NCBI GenBank assembly: GCA_965612795.1
Contig: CBFDTI010000013.1
Span: forward strand, 1-22,479
Length of the DNA: 22,479 bases
DNA from: an uncultured bacterium
GTDB lineage: Bacteria > Hydrothermota > UBA3073 > NMUJ01
Direction of reading: 5' to 3'
Under the pieces are notes generated by a model. That model saw only the letters and a program-made list of their open reading frames with translations, did not search any database and was not told the origin of the DNA. Below, one piece after another: positions 16,259 through 22,479 of this stretch (position 1 is its first letter; the number at the start of each line of letters is the position of its first letter). The position numbers and the translations under genes are program-made.

Positions 16259-17324
16259 ATGGGGGTGAAGGAGATTAAGGATAGGTTTGAGAGTTTGCGG
16301 AGGTTTATTTGACCTCGAAGCCAAACGGCAGCGGTTACGTGAGCTACAGGAGAGGTTGAACCAGCCTGACGTATGGCGGTCACCTGAGGCAAGCAGGTTA
16401 TCACGTGAATATAAGGAGTTGATGGAGCTGCTTGACGAGTTTGAGCGGCTCGAACGTGAGGTACGAGATATTGTGGAGCTATCGGAGTTGATGGGTGAGG
16501 ACGAATCGCTGAAACATGAGGTAGATAAGTTGGTGAAACAGCTTGATGAGTTTGAATTAAAAGTTGTGCTATCAGGTGAGTACGATCGTAACGATGCGAT
16601 ATTGAGTATACATCCAGGTGCTGGTGGTACGGAATCGTGTGATTGGGCAGCCATGTTGTTCAGGATGTACGTGAGGTGGGCCGAACGCAAGGGCTATGGG
16701 ATAAAGGTGTTACAGTACGAGCCGGGTGAGGTTGCAGGCATAAAAGCGGTCACCATGCATATATCAGGGCCGTATGCGTATGGGTATTTGAAGGCTGAAC
16801 GTGGTGTACATAGGTTGGTGAGGATATCGCCGTTTGATGCCAGCCGGCGTCGTCATACGTCGTTTGCTGCGTGTCAGGTGTATCCATATATTGAGGAGGA
16901 TCTGGATGTGGAGATCGATGAGAAGGATTTGCGGATAGAGACGTTTCGTGCGAGTGGGCCCGGTGGTCAGTACGTTAATGTTACGGATTCGGCGGTTAGG
17001 GTCACACACATACCTACAGGTATAGTTGTGTCGTGTCAGAGTGAACGTTCACAGTATCAGAACAAGATGACCGCGTTGAGGATACTCAAGATGCGCCTGT
17101 ATCAGTTGAAACGCGAGGAGCAACGTCGTAAGTTGGATGAGCTTAGGGATAAGAGTGATATCGGGTGGGGGTACGAGATACGGTCGTATGTGTTACATCC
17201 GTACAAGTTGGTGAAAGATCATCGTACGGGGTATGAATCGACCAACCCTGACCTGGTGTTGGATGGTGAGATAGATGATTTCATAAGAGCGTACTTGTTG
17301 AAACCCAAAGATGGAAAGGAGTGA
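16259..17324 (+). CDS. prfB: Peptide chain release factor 2, with programmed +1 frameshift (~354 aa)
   Basis: Frame 0 from ATG 16259 reads MGVKEIKDRFESLRRFI then TGA (16310-16312); the +1 frame continues DLEAKRQ... with GAGGTES.DWA, SPF and GGQ motifs. The track's TTG start at 16287 is probably not the real start. Confidence 0.95.
16298..16313 (+). other. RF2 programmed +1 frameshift cassette, variant ATT-TGA-C
   Basis: CGG AGG TTT ATT TGA C: internal SD GGAGG, 3-nt spacer, shift codon, weak stop TGAC; aligns with E. coli AGG GGG TAT CTT TGA C. Confidence 0.85.
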
Positions 17325-18318
17325 TTGGCAGATACTCGACGTTAATATCAACAGGTTGGTTGAGGCGTTACGGGTGTTGGAGGATATCTGTCGGTTTAAG
17401 TATAAGTTGGTACAGGCGGCGAGGGGGTTGAAGTTGTTACGACATGAGGTAACCAGCTGGCGAAGTAAGTTTAGCGATCAGCTGCTACGTAGTAGGTGGT
17501 CGGAAACTGATCTGGGTAGGAAAGATTACGATCTACCGTATGGGGTGGCGAACCTGTGGGAGACGAACTTCAACCGTGCCAAAGAGAGTGTCAGGGTGAT
17601 CGAGGAGCTAACACGTGTGTTGATACCTGAGGATGTGTCACTTGTACGGGGGTGGCGGTTTAAGCTGTACGATATGGAGAAGGAATACCTGAAGAAAGAG
17701 CTTGATCTCAGCTTCTATGCGATTGTGGGTGAGGAGCTGTTCAACCTCGACATCAAGCATGTAGTGGATGTATTCGCCAACGGTGGTGTAACCGCAATAC
17801 AGTTGAGGGTTAAGCAGCTAAGTGACCGCAAGTGCTGGCAGCTGGCGGATGAGCTACATAAGCTGACGGGTGGATATAATATACCACTGATAATCAACGA
17901 TCGTGTCGATATAGCGCTTGCGGTGGATGCTGAAGGTGTACATCTTGGGCAAGATGATATGCCGGCTGATATCGCAAGAAAGCTGTTGGGTTACGGTAAG
18001 CTTCTGGGTGTTACGGTGCATTCGGTGGAGGAGGCTAAGCTGGCAGAGGAGATGGGTGCTGACTACTTGGGGGTGAGCTCACCGTTTGTGTCGAAGACAA
18101 AGGATAAAATCATACTTAAGCCGTCGGAAATACGTGAGATAAAGCAAAACGTGGATATACCAGTTATTGTTGTGGGTGGTGTAAATCTCGACAATGTCGA
18201 GCAGGTGCTATCAATCGGTATCGATGGTGTTGCTGTACATCAGGCGCTGTTCGAACCACCCGATATCGAACAGAACGTTAGGCGATTGGGGGTAAAAATA
18301 TTGAAATTACGTGAATAA
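17311..18318 (+). CDS. thiE: Thiamine-phosphate synthase with N-terminal ThiD2-like helical domain
   Basis: ILDVNINRLVEALRVLEDICRF and NFNRAKESVRVIEE in the N-terminal part; QLRVK, INDRVDIALAVDAEGVHLGQDD, GADYLGV in the TMP synthase domain. Confidence 0.9.
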   Translation: MERSDWQILDVNINRLVEALRVLEDICRFKYKLVQAARGLKLLRHEVTSWRSKFSDQLLRSRWSETDLGRKDYDLPYGVANLWETNFNRAKESVRVIEELTRVLIPEDVSLVRGWRFKLYDMEKEYLKKELDLSFYAIVGEELFNLDIKHVVDVFANGGVTAIQLRVKQLSDRKCWQLADELHKLTGGYNIPLIINDRVDIALAVDAEGVHLGQDDMPADIARKLLGYGKLLGVTVHSVEEAKLAEEMGADYLGVSSPFVSKTKDKIILKPSEIREIKQNVDIPVIVVGGVNLDNVEQVLSIGIDGVAVHQALFEPPDIEQNVRRLGVKILKLRE

Positions 18319-18334
18319 ACGGTCAGCTGTAAGG

Positions 18335-18361
18335 TTGACGTATGTGGGTGTAATATACTTT
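18335..18361 (+). promoter_or_regulatory. Putative promoter of the LVIVD gene
   Basis: TTGACG (18335-18340)-15 nt-TACTTT (18356-18361). Confidence 0.4.
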
Positions 18362-18471
18362 ACAACGATAATATAAGGGGTTACAATTTTTATCTCACAG
18401 GTTCATTAAACATAGATCGGGGTGGCATGATAACAGGCCACCCTAACGAGACGGGATAGAGGGAGGTGAAG

Positions 18472-21400
18472 ATGAGGCTAATAGGTATTTTCATCATATG
18501 TGCAGTAAGCTTGTGGGTGGGGATAATTGAGGCTATTTCGGTTGGATATGATGTCCAGCACATGACGAGCAGTACGGAGGAGGAGTTTGATTCACTCAAC
18601 ATGCGGTTGATGGGTAGGTGGCCGTTTGGACCATCATATGCGGTGGGTATGGATACCGCACGTAATCTGATATTTCTTGGCTCCGGTGGCGGCATTTTTA
18701 TACTTGATTGCAGTAACCCTGAAAATCTGACTTATGTATCAGATATACGTACGATGGGTTTCGTGGAGGATATGTATTATGATGCAGGTACTCAACGGCT
18801 GTATTTGGCAAACGGACCTGCGGGACTGGAAATATGGGATGTGTCGGATGCAACACAACCTGCAAAACTTGGACAATACCAGATAGGGGGGTGGGCTGGC
18901 TACGTTACGGGTGTACATGTTCAGGGTAATTATGCTTATTTAGCAGGTGGTTCATTGTACATCATAGATGTGAGCGACCCGTACAATCCACAAGAGGTAA
19001 GCAGTTATTCGATAGACGGTAGCGTAAATGACGTATATGTGGTGGATAATTATGCTTATGTGACTGATAGGTGGTACATAAGGTTACTGGTTGTGGATAT
19101 CAGTGATGTTAATCAGCCACAAGTTATAGGTCAGTGTGGTGTAAATGGTGCAGCAGTACATCGTGTATGGGTTGCAAACAACTATGCATATGTATGTGCC
19201 TGGAATTTATATGGAATAGGGTTACAAGTTGTAGATGTTGGGCAACCCAACAGTCCACAAGTTGTTAGCTCATGCAATACACGTGGTGCAGCATTTGGTA
19301 TATACGTAAAGGGAATTTATGCTTATGTAGCGGCTGAACGTGGTTTACGTGTTATAAATGTGGGCAACCCCACAACTCCATATGAAGTGGGTTGCTACAA
19401 TACAAGCGACCGTGCCTATGACGTATGTGTAGCAGCAGGATATGCATATGTAGCGACTGAGCGTGCTGGGTTACGAGTTATGGATGTTGGTGAGCCAAGC
19501 TATCCCAGTGAGGTTGGTCACTATGATACACCAGGGCATGCCAAAGCCGTGTATGTGAGAGATAATTATGCTTATGTTGCAGATGGCGATTCTGGGATAA
19601 GGATCATTGATGTTAGTGAATTGAGTAATCCTCATGAGATTGGTCACTGTGATGCACCAGGTGCATCGGACGTATTTGTTGTCGACACGCTTGCGTATGT
19701 TGCATGTGGTAACTTTCGTATCATAAATGTCAGTGATTTAACAAATCCGTACGAAGTGGGACAGTTTGCATTCGGTTACGATAACTATGCAACCGGTGTA
19801 CAGGTTATTGATACCATTGCATATGTTGCATGGGGGCCTGTAGGGTTGGTGATTTTAAACGTTAGTGAGCCAACAAGCCCATCATTAATAAGTACATGTT
19901 CGACGGCTGATTGGCTACTTGATGTACGTGTGGTGGGTGATCACGCTTATGTGGCGGATAGGTTTGGTGGGTTGAGGATTATCGATGTGAGTGATCTCAC
20001 AAATCCGGAGGAAGTTGGTCATTACGTGGCACCTGCTGGGTGTGCTGAAAAAATCTATGTCGTTGGCAATTATGTATACATAGCTTATGGTGGAGGTGGC
20101 CTACGTATTGTGGATGTTAGTGACCCAACCAATCCACAAGAAATAGGTTACTTGCAAACGTCAGGTAATGCATCTGATGTATTTGTGGTTGGAAACTACG
20201 CATATGTGACACAAACATATTGTTATGATGGGTTGCTGATTGTTGATGTGAGTGACCCCACCAGTCCGCAATTGGTTCATGGTTATGAAACTGCCGCATG
20301 GACATATGATGTATACTGTAGTGGGGGTTATGCTTATCTTGCAGAAGATTGGGCAGGTCTAAGGATCTTAGATGTTAGTGAGCCAACTGCACCGATGGAG
20401 ATTAGTTGCTACTACGGTAATACGCCACATTATGCCACATGTGTACAGGTGGTGGATAATTACGCTTATATAGCAGATGGTGAAGCTGGCTTACGTATCG
20501 TAGATGTTAGTGATGTAACATATCCACAGGAGGTAGGGTATTACGATACGATAGGGTTCTCAGAGTGGGTGCATGTTGTGAACAATTATGCTTATGTAGC
20601 GGATGGTGATGCCGGGTTACGTATCGTAGATGTGAGTGAGCCAACCAACCCACAAGAAATCGGACATTACAACACACCAGGTTATGCCGAAGCAGTATAT
20701 GTTGCAGGTAATTACGCGTATGTGGCGGATGGTGATTCCGGCCTACGTATTATAGATGTGAGCGATCCATACAATCCATACGAAGTGGGTCACCACAAAG
20801 TAACATTCCGATACGCTGCTGGTGTTTATGTAAGTGACGACTATGCTTATGTTACGTATAGGGATGATGGATTGCGAATCATAAATGTTAGTGAGCCAAC
20901 CAATCCACAACAGGTGGGTTACTTCGCCATGTCCGATGCATATGGTGTATATGTTGTAGGGGATTACGCATACGTGGTGGGATGCTGGTATGGGTTAAGT
21001 ATCGTGGATGTGAGCGATCCAACGAACCCAGAGGAGATAGGGTGTTGGGATGAGCCAAACACACCATGTGGCATATACGTAGTGGATGATTACGCATATG
21101 TTAGTAATGTATCGCCAGCAACCATGTGGATCATAGATGTTAGTGAGCCAACAGAACCAGAAGTTGTAGGTTACTACAAGTACTATGGAAGGGACTATTG
21201 TGACAACGGTGTGCAGGCAGGAATATACGCTGTAGGAAGTTATGTATATTTACCCATGGGCAAATACGGTTTACATATTCTCGAAAATCAACTCATTGGT
21301 GTTGCAGAGCAAGCTTGTACATTTTATATTAAAACGATGATGGAACGTGGTGTGGTGAAATTCGTCATACCACAGGGATATGCGGTGGATATATCGATCT

Positions 21401-21543
21401 ATGATGTGATGGGTAGAAAGGTTGCCAACATCAAAGGTGAGAATGAGCTCATATTCAGACCCAAAGCCGGTGGTGTGTACTTCTGGGTGGCAGAAACAGA
21501 GTCAGGTGCTAAAATCAAAGGCAAGATTGTGATAGTACGGTGA
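18472..21543 (+). CDS. Secreted LVIVD-repeat beta-propeller protein with T9SS type A-like C-terminal sorting domain
   Basis: SD GGAGG 5 nt before ATG 18472; signal peptide; ~21 repeats of ~43 aa (V.V.gnYAYVAdg..GLRIiDVSdPtnP.EVG.Y); tail ISIYDVMGRKV...GVYF...KIVIVR. Confidence 0.88.
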   Translation: MRLIGIFIICAVSLWVGIIEAISVGYDVQHMTSSTEEEFDSLNMRLMGRWPFGPSYAVGMDTARNLIFLGSGGGIFILDCSNPENLTYVSDIRTMGFVEDMYYDAGTQRLYLANGPAGLEIWDVSDATQPAKLGQYQIGGWAGYVTGVHVQGNYAYLAGGSLYIIDVSDPYNPQEVSSYSIDGSVNDVYVVDNYAYVTDRWYIRLLVVDISDVNQPQVIGQCGVNGAAVHRVWVANNYAYVCAWNLYGIGLQVVDVGQPNSPQVVSSCNTRGAAFGIYVKGIYAYVAAERGLRVINVGNPTTPYEVGCYNTSDRAYDVCVAAGYAYVATERAGLRVMDVGEPSYPSEVGHYDTPGHAKAVYVRDNYAYVADGDSGIRIIDVSELSNPHEIGHCDAPGASDVFVVDTLAYVACGNFRIINVSDLTNPYEVGQFAFGYDNYATGVQVIDTIAYVAWGPVGLVILNVSEPTSPSLISTCSTADWLLDVRVVGDHAYVADRFGGLRIIDVSDLTNPEEVGHYVAPAGCAEKIYVVGNYVYIAYGGGGLRIVDVSDPTNPQEIGYLQTSGNASDVFVVGNYAYVTQTYCYDGLLIVDVSDPTSPQLVHGYETAAWTYDVYCSGGYAYLAEDWAGLRILDVSEPTAPMEISCYYGNTPHYATCVQVVDNYAYIADGEAGLRIVDVSDVTYPQEVGYYDTIGFSEWVHVVNNYAYVADGDAGLRIVDVSEPTNPQEIGHYNTPGYAEAVYVAGNYAYVADGDSGLRIIDVSDPYNPYEVGHHKVTFRYAAGVYVSDDYAYVTYRDDGLRIINVSEPTNPQQVGYFAMSDAYGVYVVGDYAYVVGCWYGLSIVDVSDPTNPEEIGCWDEPNTPCGIYVVDDYAYVSNVSPATMWIIDVSEPTEPEVVGYYKYYGRDYCDNGVQAGIYAVGSYVYLPMGKYGLHILENQLIGVAEQACTFYIKTMMERGVVKFVIPQGYAVDISIYDVMGRKVANIKGENELIFRPKAGGVYFWVAETESGAKIKGKIVIVR

Positions 21544-21655
21544 AAAATTTGATGAAACGGTAATATCTGGATGTGAACGATGGTAAAGTGGTCATTTTGA
21601 GATACATGAGCTGGATTTTAGTCTCTAAGCTTATCTACAAAGGAAATCGAATAGA

Positions 21656-21682
21656 TTGACTTTTCACAGGGTTACTTATAAA
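21656..21682 (+). promoter_or_regulatory. Putative promoter, near-leaderless
   Basis: TTGACT-15 nt-TATAAA, 8 nt before ATG 21691. Confidence 0.5.
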
Positions 21683-21690
21683 TGAGTACG

Positions 21691-22479
21691 ATGGGTGTAG
21701 TAACATTGGGATTCCTTATGGCTATTACTATTCAATGGAGCCCACCGGAAACCATGCCTCTTGGTGTACTCATGGGAGTTTCATATCTTGCGGTTGATAG
21801 CAATGGTGTGCTGTTTTGTGCTGTTGATACATCGTGCAGAACCAATGCGTATCTGTTGAAATACGATGGTGATACATGGAGCTTATATAATATCACAAAT
21901 GAAACAGGTGAGGGTAACGGTTGCTGGCAGGGTATTGAAGTTGATAGTATGAATAGATTGCATGGGTTATGGACTGATCTATTCTGTTGGAAACACTGTA
22001 TTTTCTGTGACGATTCGGTTGTTAAGATAGATACAATACCTGGAAGTATAGGGCGTGGTGGTGGTTATGCTGACATTACAGTCTTTAGGAATAAAGTTTT
22101 TGTATGTTTCAACGACCTAAATTGGAGTATGTTCCTGTCTGTGTTTGATGGCGATAGCTGGTATACTATTGAAGCACCCTATCAGAACGTTGCAAACCCA
22201 CAGATAGGGTGTGATACTGCAGGTCGGTTGCATATTGTGTGGACTGATAAGATAGCTGAAGTGCTTAAATATACGGTTTACGATGGTGAATGGCATGACC
22301 CCGTGAGCTTACCTCCTGGACACCCAGATACAGGCAGAGTATGGGGTGAAGGAGTAGAGATGAGGGTTGATAGATTAGGTAGAGTTCATGTAATGTGGAA
22401 TGAGCGGTTTCAAGGTGTATCAGAATACTGGTACGGGTGTTATGCAGATGGTGAGTTTTATAAGAAATTTTTGACACGT
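21691..22479 (+). CDS. Secreted beta-propeller-like repeat protein, 3'-truncated by the window (absent from ORF track)
   Basis: Open for 263 codons to the window end: MGVVTLGFLMAITIQWSPPE...; repeats VDSNGVLFCA, VDSMNRLHGLW, CDTAGRLHIVW, VDRLGRVHVMW and YDGDTW/FDGDSW/YDGEW. Confidence 0.8.
   Translation, partial: MGVVTLGFLMAITIQWSPPETMPLGVLMGVSYLAVDSNGVLFCAVDTSCRTNAYLLKYDGDTWSLYNITNETGEGNGCWQGIEVDSMNRLHGLWTDLFCWKHCIFCDDSVVKIDTIPGSIGRGGGYADITVFRNKVFVCFNDLNWSMFLSVFDGDSWYTIEAPYQNVANPQIGCDTAGRLHIVWTDKIAEVLKYTVYDGEWHDPVSLPPGHPDTGRVWGEGVEMRVDRLGRVHVMWNERFQGVSEYWYGCYADGEFYKKFLTR

Noticed and set aside
16287..16309. TTG start for prfB, or calling prfB a pseudogene
   Set aside because: The intact frameshift cassette and upstream ATG frame explain the break better.
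16193..16690. 165-aa Ser-rich minus-strand ORF
   Set aside because: Antisense shadow of the Glu/Leu-rich N-terminus of prfB.
19500..20800. Diversity-generating retroelement TR/VR pair among the LVIVD repeats
   Set aside because: Compared copies differ at synonymous and non-adenine positions, and no reverse transcriptase is in the window.
22265..22477. 70-aa minus-strand ORF
   Set aside because: Antisense to the long open plus-strand frame starting at 21691.

Overview
Bacterial chromosomal segment, mostly housekeeping genes. The LVIVD/T9SS-tail protein, lolE and promoter style suggest a diderm FCB-related lineage such as WOR-3 (inference only). It opens with a CRISPR-type repeat (1-30). An AT-rich, archaeal-type asparagine synthetase (AsnRS paralog) follows, then a second degenerate repeat copy (~1191-1221) and a divergent M1-like metallopeptidase. 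The core contains Nudix-lysS-lolE-GH36-tRNA nucleotidyltransferase, yebC-ruvCAB-ddl-GT4-methyltransferase, a minus-strand tRNA-Ser/Lys/Glu-dut unit, prfB-thiE, a 21-repeat LVIVD protein with a T9SS-like tail, and a truncated beta-propeller gene missing from the ORF track. Most notable: (1) prfB has a +1 frameshift site ATT-TGA-C instead of the canonical CTT-TGA-C; (2) the nucleotidyltransferase lacks the flexible loop, like CC-only enzymes, and the three tRNA genes lack encoded CCA; (3) a foreign-looking gene is bracketed by CRISPR repeat copies, next to an SD-led mini-ORF; (4) putative promoters repeatedly show a 15-nt -35/-10 spacer, several with leaderless starts. All calls come from manual reading; no searches were run.
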